Source of the DNA: Marinisporobacter sp.
Lineage (GTDB): Bacteria; Bacillota; Clostridia; Peptostreptococcales; Thermotaleaceae
Reading direction: 5' to 3'
Length of the DNA stretch: 40,000 nt
NCBI GenBank assembly: GCA_025210395.1
Contig: JAOARV010000031.1
Coordinates: forward strand, 66,646 to 106,645
This document shows positions 10,483 through 19,641 of the stretch, piece after piece. Under the pieces are notes generated by a model that was given only the letters and a program-made list of their open reading frames with translations, did not search any database and was not told the DNA's origin. Made by a program: the position numbers and the translations under genes. Numbering within the stretch: the stretch's first letter is position 1; each line of letters begins with the position of its first letter.

Positions 10483-10885
10483 CATTATTCTCCTCTTTCA
10501 TTTTTTTCAATACCTTCACGATAAAGCTTGGAAGAGGTACACCCAAAACTCCAATATTTTCTATAATGGATATACCTTCATTGGCAATATAAAAATAAAT
10601 AGTCATCCCTCTAAATACAGGCTGCTCCCCACCTGTTGCCAAATCCATCTGATGTGCCAAAACAATCACAATAAAAATAGCCGCCTTCTTCAGCAGCCCT
10701 CGGTGTCCAATCTCACTGGATATTTCTTTATTTTTTAGCCCTTTCATCAATCCTGTTATATAGTCCGTTATCATCAATATTACTAAAATGTTTATAATGT
10801 TGTTCCACTCTCCAATCAATGCACTCATCACAGTTCCTAACCCTGCTAAAGCCATGTTTAGTGTTATTTTTAGGTTCATTAGCAT
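10472..10885 (-). CDS. Phage/toxin-secretion type holin (TcdE/holin_4_1-like)
   Basis: 137 aa; LVILMITDYITGLMKGLKNKEISSEIGHRGLLKKAAIFIVIVLAHQMD signature. Confidence 0.9.
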   Translation of the reverse strand: MLMNLKITLNMALAGLGTVMSALIGEWNNIINILVILMITDYITGLMKGLKNKEISSEIGHRGLLKKAAIFIVIVLAHQMDLATGGEQPVFRGMTIYFYIANEGISIIENIGVLGVPLPSFIVKVLKKMKEENNEIG

Positions 10886-10922
10886 CTTCCTTTTTTAGTA
10901 TTGTTTGTGTCTCATTTTTTTC

Positions 10923-11057
10923 CTATTGTGTAATTTGTGGCGTTGCTAAAATCATATCTCTTTCTTGTTCTGTAATTCTTCCACGAGTACATTGCGTGCT
11001 AACAAATTTTTCGTCTACTTTTCTTAGAATCCACATGTTTAAAATAAAATTATACAT
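10923..11057 (-). CDS. Small phage-type ORF (44 aa)
   Basis: MYNFILNMWILRKVDEKFVSTQCTRGRITEQERDMILATPQITQ* with GGAGGG SD. C-terminal RITEQERDMIL resembles XkdX-type small proteins. Not in ORF track. Confidence 0.55.
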   Translation of the reverse strand: MYNFILNMWILRKVDEKFVSTQCTRGRITEQERDMILATPQITQ

Positions 11058-11060
11058 ATT

Positions 11061-11189
11061 CTATCCCTCCATCATAATATTTACAAGTGCCTGTTCTAAT
11101 GCTTCAATACGTTCTTTTTCTGTTGGTTTCTTTGATTGTTCTTTTTCTTTATCAATTTCTTTTTGCGTTTTCCATGGTATATTCGCCAT
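11061..11189 (-). CDS. Small phage-type ORF (42 aa)
   Basis: MANIPWKTQKEIDKEKEQSKKPTEKERIEALEQALVNIMMEG* with GAGGTG SD. Not in ORF track. Confidence 0.6.
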   Translation of the reverse strand: MANIPWKTQKEIDKEKEQSKKPTEKERIEALEQALVNIMMEG

Positions 11190-11191
11190 AG

Positions 11192-11500
11192 TTACACCTC
11201 CTGCCAAGTTGGAAATTTTTCTTTCTTTGTTGCATCTTTTCCTATGTAATTAATTAAAATCACACTCAAAATACCATCTTTTCTTTCAGCACTAATAATT
11301 GGATTTATAGACAAACTTGTTTCTATTTCTTCTTTTGCTTTTCCATCTGCCATAGCAGAAAAATCGAATGTATCTGTTATATTGTCTAATGTTACTGATA
11401 TTTTTTCTTCCTCAAATGCATAATTAATTTTTTGATCACTTCTTTGTGGGCTATATAATATCCTCACTATTTCCACCTCCCAATTGCAAAAACATTGCAA
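11192..11500 (-). CDS. Tailocin/phage small protein (possible fiber accessory)
   Basis: Likely starts at an internal GTG after GGAGGTGGAAATA (VRILYSPQRSDQK...); lies just downstream of the 171-aa fiber-like gene. Confidence 0.5.
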   Translation of the reverse strand: MQCFCNWEVEIVRILYSPQRSDQKINYAFEEEKISVTLDNITDTFDFSAMADGKAKEEIETSLSINPIISAERKDGILSVILINYIGKDATKKEKFPTWQEV

Positions 11501-11982
11501 TTACTTATACTGTCACCATCTTGAAAATCTGTCATTCCATTTATTCGCCTCATAGAAAATTGTGCAACCCCAGTACTTTTGTAACTACATCCACTTAGTC
11601 CTATCATATCTCTGCTTGGTGTTATATTTACATCAGCAGAATTACTAGAAAGTAGAAAAAATACATTTCCGATTGCGATAAATGATGCTGGAAAATTCCA
11701 AGTTGAATCAAGATATTCGTTGCTTTCATACCCTAATGATAAGGTGTTCCAGCATATTTGTGTACCATCATCGAATCTAATATATTCTCCATTACTATTG
11801 CTACCGCTTTCTGTTATATGTTTTTTCGTACTTTCTGCCTGATGCGACATAATCTTTTGATTAACTCCCTTTAAAGCCTGATCAATCTTAGCATTATCCT
11901 CCACAAAATCTGATCTCTTTGGATATTCATTTCCTTCCCATTGATTTAACCCTAAATATTCTGTTCTATTTTTACTTGGCAT
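11467..11982 (-). CDS. Short tail fiber / fiber-tip like protein (module 2)
   Basis: 171 aa; N-term NQWEGNEYPKRSDFVEDNAKIDQAL, C-term ...ISNCNVFAIGRWK typical of fiber ends. Confidence 0.65.
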   Translation of the reverse strand: MPSKNRTEYLGLNQWEGNEYPKRSDFVEDNAKIDQALKGVNQKIMSHQAESTKKHITESGSNSNGEYIRFDDGTQICWNTLSLGYESNEYLDSTWNFPASFIAIGNVFFLLSSNSADVNITPSRDMIGLSGCSYKSTGVAQFSMRRINGMTDFQDGDSISNCNVFAIGRWK

Positions 11983-12615
11983 TTACGACACCTCTCTTCT
12001 ACTCATTGCTTTTTCAATCAACACTAATAAAGGTCCAAAATCAGGTTTTTCTTTAATAACATTTCTCCAATACTCTGGACTTAAAATGATATTATCTTTT
12101 AATCTTTCAATAGCCTCTATTCCTTTTTCTATTCTCCAGTCATTTGTAGGCTTTAATAGCTCTTGGTCTACTTGCTCTAAATGATATTCCTCTATAATCT
12201 GTTGAAGTTTTTTAGGATAATGTGGATCTGTGGCATATCCTGCTTTGTATACTTCATTGGTAGCTTCTAAATAATCTTTTGCCTTGCAAACATTTTTATA
12301 TCTATTGACGGTACCGATGAGTCTTTGATAGTCCCTTACACTATCTTCTAAATGATCATAAGCTCTAAATGTAGCCTGTACAGTTATCATTTTTTCTCCA
12401 TTCCATTCCTTTGTAGGTAATGTAATTGTTTTTCCTTTCCAGTACTTTCCCGTTTTGAAGCCAAAATAATTGTTTGCACTCCCCATATGCTTCGTTCCAA
12501 AGCTACTTTCAAGACAAGCTTGTGCAATACATAGTGCTGGTAAAATATTATATTTTTCATAGCCTTCCTTTGCAATAGGTATCAATTGATTGATAAAATC
12601 CTGCTTATTCATCAT
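11983..12615 (-). CDS. Glucosaminidase-family cell wall hydrolase (putative tailocin lysin)
   Basis: 210 aa; ILPALCIAQACLESSFGTKHMGSANNYFGFKTG...FRAYDHLEDSVRDYQRLI is the glucosaminidase (LytD/FlgJ-like) signature. Confidence 0.88.
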   Translation of the reverse strand: MMNKQDFINQLIPIAKEGYEKYNILPALCIAQACLESSFGTKHMGSANNYFGFKTGKYWKGKTITLPTKEWNGEKMITVQATFRAYDHLEDSVRDYQRLIGTVNRYKNVCKAKDYLEATNEVYKAGYATDPHYPKKLQQIIEEYHLEQVDQELLKPTNDWRIEKGIEAIERLKDNIILSPEYWRNVIKEKPDFGPLLVLIEKAMSRREVS

Positions 12616-13163
12616 CGTACCCCCTTATAAATTTCAAATTCATCCCAACTAAGATTTAACTGATCCCACTTATCCCAAGTTTTATTGTAATCATCAAATT
12701 CATTCCAAATGAGATAATTAAAAATATATGCTATTGCCAGATGGGCAGGCTTTATATCTTCTAAAGCCTGCTTTAAATCCTCCATATTTGGAGGGATTCC
12801 ATACACACTCTCAAACTCAATGTGGATTTTTCCATCAAAGGTTACTTTCACATCCCCATTTGTATATGCATCTGCTACGAGTTTGATTAGGTTTCTATCT
12901 ACCTTTCCAGCACCTCTCCATTTAGATTTGATAGTACTTCTTCGTTCCTCATAAGGTCTATTTAGGTCTGTTGGTATCCCTAATTCTTTTTCATAAAGCT
13001 CTAGTGCCCATGTAGCTGTGTCAATTGCTAGTTGTTTCTCTAAATCTTTTATCATTAATGCTTTTCTATCAAGCTCTTGTCCCTGTACACTTATAAGCTC
13101 TTGAAAAACCTTGCTCTTTTGCTCAAAGATAGGTAAATACTTTAACATTCTTTCTTTAACCAA
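12612..13163 (-). CDS. Tail protein I / YmfQ (DUF2313)-like baseplate protein, copy 2
   Basis: 183 aa; MLKYLPIFEQKSKVFQELISVQGQEL...ELYEKELGIPTD...RRSTIKSKWRGAGKV. Confidence 0.85.
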   Translation of the reverse strand: MVKERMLKYLPIFEQKSKVFQELISVQGQELDRKALMIKDLEKQLAIDTATWALELYEKELGIPTDLNRPYEERRSTIKSKWRGAGKVDRNLIKLVADAYTNGDVKVTFDGKIHIEFESVYGIPPNMEDLKQALEDIKPAHLAIAYIFNYLIWNEFDDYNKTWDKWDQLNLSWDEFEIYKGVR

Positions 13164-14250
13164 TATTCACCCCTCCTAACACAGATACTTGTTCATTTAC
13201 TATAGAAATATTTTTATTCTGCCCATTAATCCTTAACTCAGAAAAATCAATAATCCCTATAGAGTCTAATATAATACTTGTAATTTTGTTGTAGCTTACC
13301 TTATTTTCTTTAAATGCAATCTCTTTTAAATAAGCACTAATATTTTTCTTTACATCTTCTTTGATAGCTACGTCTGTCACGGCAAGATCTTTTTCTGTAA
13401 CCTTAAAATATATATCTAAAGTTATAGGAGTAGCACTTACAACAGTGCAAAAAGCACCTATAGGTGCTTTTCCTTCTCCTAATCCCTTTGCCTCTGGGTC
13501 AATATATTGTTGAACTTTTCTTGCTAAATCTGCATTAGGTTTTTTCTCCTTGTCTATAATGATCACTTTAACGGTATTCGGTTGATCATTAGGAAGAGAA
13601 ATCACCTTTACGTCTCCTACACCTGTAACTTCCTTTGCCCAGTTTCGATAATGATACTTATTCCCCGATGTAGCAGGAGTCTGTATCCTTTCATAATATC
13701 TTTGCAAAAGCTCTTGGTCACTTTCTGCTTCATAACCATTTTTAAACTCTTTTTGATTCGTTACATTTTTAAGCCCTGTGAGGGTAGCAGGGAAAGATTT
13801 GATAGCTCCTATAGGTACATTTCCTATAGAACCATATTCTTCACACGCTACTAAAATATCTACTTGTCCCTGATCAATAGTTTTGTTTTCCTTTATGATG
13901 AAATTTACCGTATCACTTGCAACTAAATCATTTTCTTTTACCTTTGCACCTATATTACCTATAATAGTCACATATCCACTTGCTTTTGTTGCAGCCTTTC
14001 TTTTAATCCCTGTTCTCTCATAAACTCTTTGTTCTAGCTCTAAACCTTTTAGATTCTTCATCATGAGTTTTCCTTCTACTACTTTTATTTCTTTTCCTAT
14101 GCTTTCTAATTCAATGGCAGTAGGCTTTAATGCATCATAAAAAAAAGAGCCTTCAGATTTGTCATAAGTCTCTGATATGCTCCTAAGCATTCTATTTTGT
14201 ATGGTTTCTTTATTTTCTACCATGAGTTTCACCTCCTTATAAAAGTGCAT
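13156..14250 (-). CDS. Baseplate J/gp47 family protein, copy 2
   Basis: ETYDKSEGSFFYDALKPTAIEL...TPATSGNKYHYRNWAKEV. SD-supported start probably ATG 14223 (GGAGGTGAAACTCATG). Confidence 0.9.
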   Translation of the reverse strand: MHFYKEVKLMVENKETIQNRMLRSISETYDKSEGSFFYDALKPTAIELESIGKEIKVVEGKLMMKNLKGLELEQRVYERTGIKRKAATKASGYVTIIGNIGAKVKENDLVASDTVNFIIKENKTIDQGQVDILVACEEYGSIGNVPIGAIKSFPATLTGLKNVTNQKEFKNGYEAESDQELLQRYYERIQTPATSGNKYHYRNWAKEVTGVGDVKVISLPNDQPNTVKVIIIDKEKKPNADLARKVQQYIDPEAKGLGEGKAPIGAFCTVVSATPITLDIYFKVTEKDLAVTDVAIKEDVKKNISAYLKEIAFKENKVSYNKITSIILDSIGIIDFSELRINGQNKNISIVNEQVSVLGGVNIG

Positions 14251-14256
14251 AAAAAT

Positions 14257-14278
14257 AACACCTGGTTTAAATGGTGTT
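14257..14278 (-). terminator. Weak terminator-like hairpin between baseplate modules 1 and 2
   Basis: On minus strand AACACC-atttaaacca-GGTGTT-ATTTTT. Confidence 0.45.
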
Positions 14279-14305
14279 TATAGTAAATTCAATGATATTC
14301 TTCCT

Positions 14306-14434
14306 TTATGATGCAACAATTTCCTCATACTGATCTTGTGTAATCCATCCTAACCTTAGTATTCTATCTAGTTGTTCTTTTGTCATCCAATTATTAGAGT
14401 AATATTCCCTTGCAATTTTGTACCAATCATGCAT
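14306..14434 (-). CDS. XkdX family protein (42 aa)
   Basis: MHDWYKIAREYYSNNWMTKEQLDRILRLGWITQDQYEEIVAS*, SD AGAGGAGG. Not in ORF track. Confidence 0.85.
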   Translation of the reverse strand: MHDWYKIAREYYSNNWMTKEQLDRILRLGWITQDQYEEIVAS

Positions 14435-14555
14435 TTTCTTTTCCTCCTCTTAATAAATCTAATTCAATCTGCAAGTCAATGACCTTCTGTGCTAATATTT
14501 CTATATCATTAGATGCTTTTTCAATTTCTACTGGACTTTTAACAACTACTTTCAA
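14427..14555 (-). CDS. Small phage-type ORF (42 aa), TTG start
   Basis: (M)KVVVKSPVEIEKASNDIEILAQKVIDLQIELDLLRGGKENA*, SD GGAGGG; stop overlaps the XkdX start. Not in ORF track. Confidence 0.6.
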   Translation of the reverse strand: MKVVVKSPVEIEKASNDIEILAQKVIDLQIELDLLRGGKENA

Positions 14556-14557
14556 GT

Positions 14558-15013
14558 CTATCCCTCCCTTATCTCTATGACATTGATTTGTACTTCATCA
14601 AGAGTAATCGTATCTTTTGTAACAGAAAACCATGCAAGTCTGTCAATCATGTTGCTTGGTACTTTATCAAAATGTGATTCTAACTTTCCGATTTCTTTTG
14701 ATAATACGGTGATTCCATCTTCACAAAGCCACACTTCATAGTCATATCCCGTGGATATTTGGATTTCTGCTCCATCCAGTGGAATTTTAGTTCCTGTTGG
14801 TACTTGCTTCTTTATTTCTACTTCTTGCTGTGTTTCTTCATCCCACACTGTTTCTGTTACTGTGGTCATTTCTTCTGTATAATTTTTAAATAATTCCTTA
14901 TTTCCTGCTGTGTAATGAGTTCCGTCAATTTTTAGTTTCATGCCTTCTGTTGTTACTTTGAAGTCATGTAAAGCAGTATCAAGACTTCCTGTTACTACAT
15001 GTAGTGTTATCAT
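14558..15013 (-). CDS. Tailocin protein downstream of main fiber (unknown function)
   Basis: 151 aa, between fiber gene and xkdX-like gene. Confidence 0.65.
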   Translation of the reverse strand: MITLHVVTGSLDTALHDFKVTTEGMKLKIDGTHYTAGNKELFKNYTEEMTTVTETVWDEETQQEVEIKKQVPTGTKIPLDGAEIQISTGYDYEVWLCEDGITVLSKEIGKLESHFDKVPSNMIDRLAWFSVTKDTITLDEVQINVIEIREG

Positions 15014-15025
15014 AATTATTCCTCC

Positions 15026-17545
15026 TTATTTTCCTATTGCCATCCATGTAATCCACACTTTTTTTAAAGAATCTTCTGTAGATACCTTTAAATATGGAGT
15101 GAAAGACGTTGTTGTTGGTTTTTCCATACCAATATAATCAATGTACTGACTCCAACCAGCACCAGTTATAAATATAGTTGGATTGTTTGAAAATGCTCTT
15201 TTAAATGTAATAGCACTAGAAAAACCTTGGGTGATAGGTGTTTCAAAAATACCGTACTCAATCCTCTCCCCATCACCTTTAATCATAGTATCTTTAATCT
15301 CTTTATTAATTCCCGCAATATCTCCTTCGACTTCGCCTACATGTTCTACTAACTTATTATGACTTTCACGTAAGTTTTCTTCATACTTGATTTGTGCATT
15401 TGCTAGTTGATTGTTATATTCTTCGTCTAGCATTTCATAGAGGACATAATATTCGGCTTGTGAATCATATTTTGTTGATAAATCTTCTTTTTTGATATAA
15501 AGTCTGCTTTTTCCGTAAGCAGATGCTATAGACCAAGTCCAATTATCATCATCTATAGTAAAATTTCCATCCTTTTTCTTATAAATAGATTTTATATGCT
15601 TTGTTTTATAATTAAGGTGATTGGGTAACACTATATTATTTATATACACATATTCATTAGCTCTTAATATTTCAGGTATTGCCTTTTCCCAAACTAAACC
15701 ACTTCCAACTTCAACGGTATTCATTCCCTCAACGGTAGCAAGCCCCTCACTACCAAAAGGAATATCTAAGTCTACTTCTTCTTCGTAAGGGTTTTCTAGT
15801 GCGTAGAAAAGTTCGTAATATTTTATAAAACCTTCAATGATAGCTGGGGATCGTTCAATAGGGACATTTCCTGAAAAATCATATCCGTTAGTTGAATATG
15901 AATTTAAATTTTCATCATTGAAATAACACCATGCTTTTGTACCGGATGTGTAAGGGGTATCATAATCATCTAAGTCCTTTTGATACATCTTCCATCCCAT
16001 CATAAATGCCTTAATTTCATCTTCCGTTGGTGTGTAAGATTCTCCCCATCCTGTGTCTGTGTTGGAAATCGTTAGATATAAAGCGCGATCCGCATCTGAA
16101 TACATCATATATTGATCTGAATTGTCGGTAGGACTAGAATGGGTTAAAATTTTACCATTATATTTTTTCAAGATATTTTTTTCCCATATAGAATTAATTC
16201 CTACATTCGCACTTTTTATTCTCTTATATTCTTTAACAGCAAAAATTAACTCCCAATCTAAATTTTCATCTAGTTTAACTCTTTTAACTTTTCTTTCCAC
16301 AATTCCCTTAGTCCCCTTAATCTCTCTCAAATTATCCCTATAAGAGGTGTTAGGAATTTCAGCTAAATGAGTAGGTAAAATTGCTAATGATTCTTTGTAA
16401 GGGGTATATGGTAGTGGAATTGTTCCTTCGTTTAATTGTATTTTAAAAGAGTAATTATTGAATGTAGTACCACTTGGAAACCATAATTGGAAAAACGCTA
16501 CTGGATTACTGTAATTAAATATCTGTGGTGGTGCTCCATCTGAAACCCTATAGTCTAAGTAGTGAGTGGTATCTCTTTTTCTTAAAACTATATTCACAAC
16601 GCCATTACCAACAACATCCAACAAGTTCATATTATATTGGGTATCCTTCTTGAGAACTTGGATATGTGAATCATACCAAGTACTTATTATACTTTGAGCA
16701 AATTTAAAGCCATCTGTTAGTTTCACATGGGTCGATGCTGTTGCCGTACCATGCAATACTACTTTATTTTCTTTTACAGTAATAGTAACACCATTTGCTG
16801 TAATACTACCTTGTGTTAGTTTAAGTAAATTTTCCCTAACCAACTTCACATAAGGGTGCTCAAGAGGTTGCGCTGATTCACAGTAAGGTACATCTTGGTT
16901 TGTCCAATCACCCTCAAGAATCATTACTTGATTAAACTTAATTGTTTTTCCATCTTCAACAATATCAGCATGGATATACAATCCTAATTCTATTGCATCT
17001 TTTTTCAAAAAAACTTTTTGTTTTCCACTTGACATATTAAAATAGCTGTAACCTTCTTTGTTTTTTAAATATCCTTTTAAGCCATAGGATGTATCATCAG
17101 AAACTATATTTGCAATAATAGTATAAGTTTTATTAGCTTTTATGTCTATTGGTAACTTCGATACTCTATGTATTGCATCATGCAAGACAGTTACACCTTC
17201 ACTACCACTTGATAGCATCCCTGACCAATTTCCATAATCATTACCATTATTAGCATAATTCACAACCATTTTACCTTCCATACTCACATCAACAGGACTT
17301 GCTACTTTTGAACTAAAGTGTTCTATCACAGAAGGATAATTTACTATCTTTACTGCCTTGTCTAGTTTATGAATTACTTCGTTATTTAGTTTTGTTATCC
17401 TATCTCTATCCGCTTCTATTCCTTGATCAATCTTATCCCAATTATCATTCAGCATTGTTTTTATATCAAAATATTCATTGCCATCTGTTTCAGGATTCTT
17501 TTTACATAGTTTTAAGTTTTTTGTTTCAGTTGCCAATTGGCTCAC
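15026..17545 (-). CDS. Main tail fiber / receptor-binding protein (839 aa)
   Basis: N-term ...NEYFDIKTMLNDNWDKIDQGIEADRDRI (fiber baseplate-attachment motif), long divergent middle, C-term SFTPYLKVSTEDSLKKVWITWMAIGK. Confidence 0.85.
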   Translation of the reverse strand: MSQLATETKNLKLCKKNPETDGNEYFDIKTMLNDNWDKIDQGIEADRDRITKLNNEVIHKLDKAVKIVNYPSVIEHFSSKVASPVDVSMEGKMVVNYANNGNDYGNWSGMLSSGSEGVTVLHDAIHRVSKLPIDIKANKTYTIIANIVSDDTSYGLKGYLKNKEGYSYFNMSSGKQKVFLKKDAIELGLYIHADIVEDGKTIKFNQVMILEGDWTNQDVPYCESAQPLEHPYVKLVRENLLKLTQGSITANGVTITVKENKVVLHGTATASTHVKLTDGFKFAQSIISTWYDSHIQVLKKDTQYNMNLLDVVGNGVVNIVLRKRDTTHYLDYRVSDGAPPQIFNYSNPVAFFQLWFPSGTTFNNYSFKIQLNEGTIPLPYTPYKESLAILPTHLAEIPNTSYRDNLREIKGTKGIVERKVKRVKLDENLDWELIFAVKEYKRIKSANVGINSIWEKNILKKYNGKILTHSSPTDNSDQYMMYSDADRALYLTISNTDTGWGESYTPTEDEIKAFMMGWKMYQKDLDDYDTPYTSGTKAWCYFNDENLNSYSTNGYDFSGNVPIERSPAIIEGFIKYYELFYALENPYEEEVDLDIPFGSEGLATVEGMNTVEVGSGLVWEKAIPEILRANEYVYINNIVLPNHLNYKTKHIKSIYKKKDGNFTIDDDNWTWSIASAYGKSRLYIKKEDLSTKYDSQAEYYVLYEMLDEEYNNQLANAQIKYEENLRESHNKLVEHVGEVEGDIAGINKEIKDTMIKGDGERIEYGIFETPITQGFSSAITFKRAFSNNPTIFITGAGWSQYIDYIGMEKPTTTSFTPYLKVSTEDSLKKVWITWMAIGK

Positions 17546-18104
17546 CTCCTAAAATAATTGGTACAAATGGTGAAAAATCTGTTAATCTTCTTTTTTGTAT
17601 TTCATTGATGGTTAGCTTTTGTACTTGATTGATGATCAGATACTTAAATTCATATTCTACAATTAAGTGTGCTGGCTTTATTTCTTCTATGGCATTTTTT
17701 AAATCTTCAAGGTTTGGGGGTGCACCTAGTGTATCCATGAATTTGATGATGAATTTATTATTTACAATACATTCCTCATTTTCAATAACTTCAATCTTTC
17801 CTTTTTCATAGCTTTGAGCAACATTTTCTAAGAGCTTTACAGTGACAGTTCCTATTCCTCTAAGCTTTGATTTGATGATACTTCTTCGAAATAGTGTATC
17901 TTTTTCATTACTGATGGGAATTCCTAGATCTTTTTCCCATCTTTCAAGATTCTTGTCTGCTGTATCTATAAAGAATTGATTGATATTTTCTTGTATCTTT
18001 TGCATCAATTGTTCTAGTTGCTTTTCCTCGGTGGTCATGAGATTTTTCATGACCTTGCTTTTTCTATAATACCCTGGAAGGTAGCTCATTAGCTTTTGTT
18101 CCAT
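17526..18104 (-). CDS. Tail protein I / YmfQ (DUF2313)-like baseplate protein, copy 1
   Basis: 192 aa; MSYLPGYYRKSKVMKNLM...ERWEKDLGIPIS...RRSIIKSKLRGIGTVT. Confidence 0.88.
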   Translation of the reverse strand: MEQKLMSYLPGYYRKSKVMKNLMTTEEKQLEQLMQKIQENINQFFIDTADKNLERWEKDLGIPISNEKDTLFRRSIIKSKLRGIGTVTVKLLENVAQSYEKGKIEVIENEECIVNNKFIIKFMDTLGAPPNLEDLKNAIEEIKPAHLIVEYEFKYLIINQVQKLTINEIQKRRLTDFSPFVPIILGGEPIGN

Positions 18105-19198
18105 ACAACACCCCCCTCTTTCCTTAGAACAGCTACTTGTTTTTCTCCAATATCATAGACTCCTTTTTGTAAATCTATAAGGTTTTCATCTACATATACT
18201 TGAAGGTTGGTATAATCTACTACCCCTTCTGCTTGAAGAATGGCACTTCCTATTTTTGCATAGCTTATATAGCCTTCAAGATAAGCTGTATCCTTTAAAT
18301 ATTTTTTGATGTTTTCTTCTATATTTGTAATCACTTGTTCTTGTTTACAATTTACTTTGTTGATTTTTAGCTTTACTTTTACATAGGTTTCTATTTCTTG
18401 AGCTGATTGTACCTTTACAATAGCTCCTATAGGTCTTTTTTCATTGATATACGTTTTTACTTCATTAATTAGGCTATCCTCTGCTGCTTTCATTCCCTCA
18501 GCAATAATCACAACCTCTACCGTACCATTTCCTTTTGTTACTGAACACACTCCACCTTGCTGGATTACCTTTTGGGCTGGAAATACTCTTGCATCTTCTA
18601 CTCTAGGAACTTCCTTTGCCCAGTTTCTATAATGATGTTTATTTCCTGATGTAGCAGGAGTACGAACCTTATCAAAATATCTTTGTCTTAAAGCTTCATC
18701 ACTTTCCCCATCATATCCATTGGTGATGGGTTCTAGATTCGTTACACTGCTAAAGCCACTTAGAGATGTTGGAAACTTTTTTATCTTACCTGCTCCTATA
18801 TTTCCAATGCTTCCTATTTCTTCGCATTCTACTAATACCTTTACCTGTCCACTTTCGCCAATAGTGACATTCTCTTTCACAATAAAATCTACAATATCAC
18901 TAGATACCCTCATCCCTACTCTTACTTCTGCTCCTTTTTCTCCATCAATATGTACAATAGTAGTTGCTTTTATAGGTGCTTTTCTTTTTAATCCTTGCTC
19001 AGCTACCTTTTTATCTAAAAAAATACCTGTAGCAGTTTCTACAAAGCCTTGATCTAATATTTTCTCTTGTTGTTCATAAGCTTTTACTAATTCAATCGCA
19101 ATTGGTTTTAGTACATCATAAAAAAAACTTCCTTCTGATTGATCATAGGTATCATCAATTCCTGATAACATATTCTTCATAATTTTGTCTATCATCAT
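18089..19198 (-). CDS. Baseplate J/gp47 (XkdT-like) family protein, copy 1
   Basis: 369 aa; DQSEGSFFYDVLKPIAIEL...LRQRYFDKVRTPATSGNKHHYRNWAKEV. Confidence 0.93.
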   Translation of the reverse strand: MMIDKIMKNMLSGIDDTYDQSEGSFFYDVLKPIAIELVKAYEQQEKILDQGFVETATGIFLDKKVAEQGLKRKAPIKATTIVHIDGEKGAEVRVGMRVSSDIVDFIVKENVTIGESGQVKVLVECEEIGSIGNIGAGKIKKFPTSLSGFSSVTNLEPITNGYDGESDEALRQRYFDKVRTPATSGNKHHYRNWAKEVPRVEDARVFPAQKVIQQGGVCSVTKGNGTVEVVIIAEGMKAAEDSLINEVKTYINEKRPIGAIVKVQSAQEIETYVKVKLKINKVNCKQEQVITNIEENIKKYLKDTAYLEGYISYAKIGSAILQAEGVVDYTNLQVYVDENLIDLQKGVYDIGEKQVAVLRKEGGVVWNKS

Positions 19199-19641
19199 AA
19201 GTTCACCTCCTGACTCAAGAAATCTCCACCTACTAAATCTACTTGAAAGGATACAATCAATTGGGGATTATCTTTTTTGATTTCCCATTGGGATATAGAC
19301 CCAATCATCGGATGCTTTGTTAAGCTTTCTGTGATTTCTCTTCTTAGCTCTGCTTCTACAAAAGCTTTTGGAAAATTGTTTCCTATGATTAAATCTTCAA
19401 TGATTATGCCATATTCATTGGAATCTTCTCTTTCGTAGATTTTGTATCTATATTTTTCTGTCCTCAAAATCTTTTCAATCCATCCCTTGATAGCAGCTTT
19501 TCCTGTTACTTCAACAACTCTTCCATCTTTTACATCAAAATCTCCTTTTTTGAAATCAAATAAAAAAGATTTACCTATCTTCGGTAAACCTGACTCCTTT
19601 TCTTTGGTCTTTATTTGTAATTGTGTTACCTGCGGAAACAT
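19195..19641 (-). CDS. DUF2634 / XkdS-like (gp25-like) baseplate wedge protein
   Basis: 148 aa; SFLFDFKKGDFDVKDGRVVEVTGKAAIKGWIEKILRTEKYRYKIY. Confidence 0.88.
   Translation of the reverse strand: MFPQVTQLQIKTKEKESGLPKIGKSFLFDFKKGDFDVKDGRVVEVTGKAAIKGWIEKILRTEKYRYKIYEREDSNEYGIIIEDLIIGNNFPKAFVEAELRREITESLTKHPMIGSISQWEIKKDNPQLIVSFQVDLVGGDFLSQEVNL

Noticed and set aside
14558-17545. Diversity-generating retroelement or invertase-switched fiber region
   Set aside because: No reverse transcriptase, template/variable repeat pair, recombinase gene or flanking inverted repeats were seen around the fiber genes.
13156-19198. Recent tandem duplication of the J/I block
   Set aside because: The two J proteins and the two I proteins are too diverged outside short motifs; ancient paralogy or module acquisition fits better.
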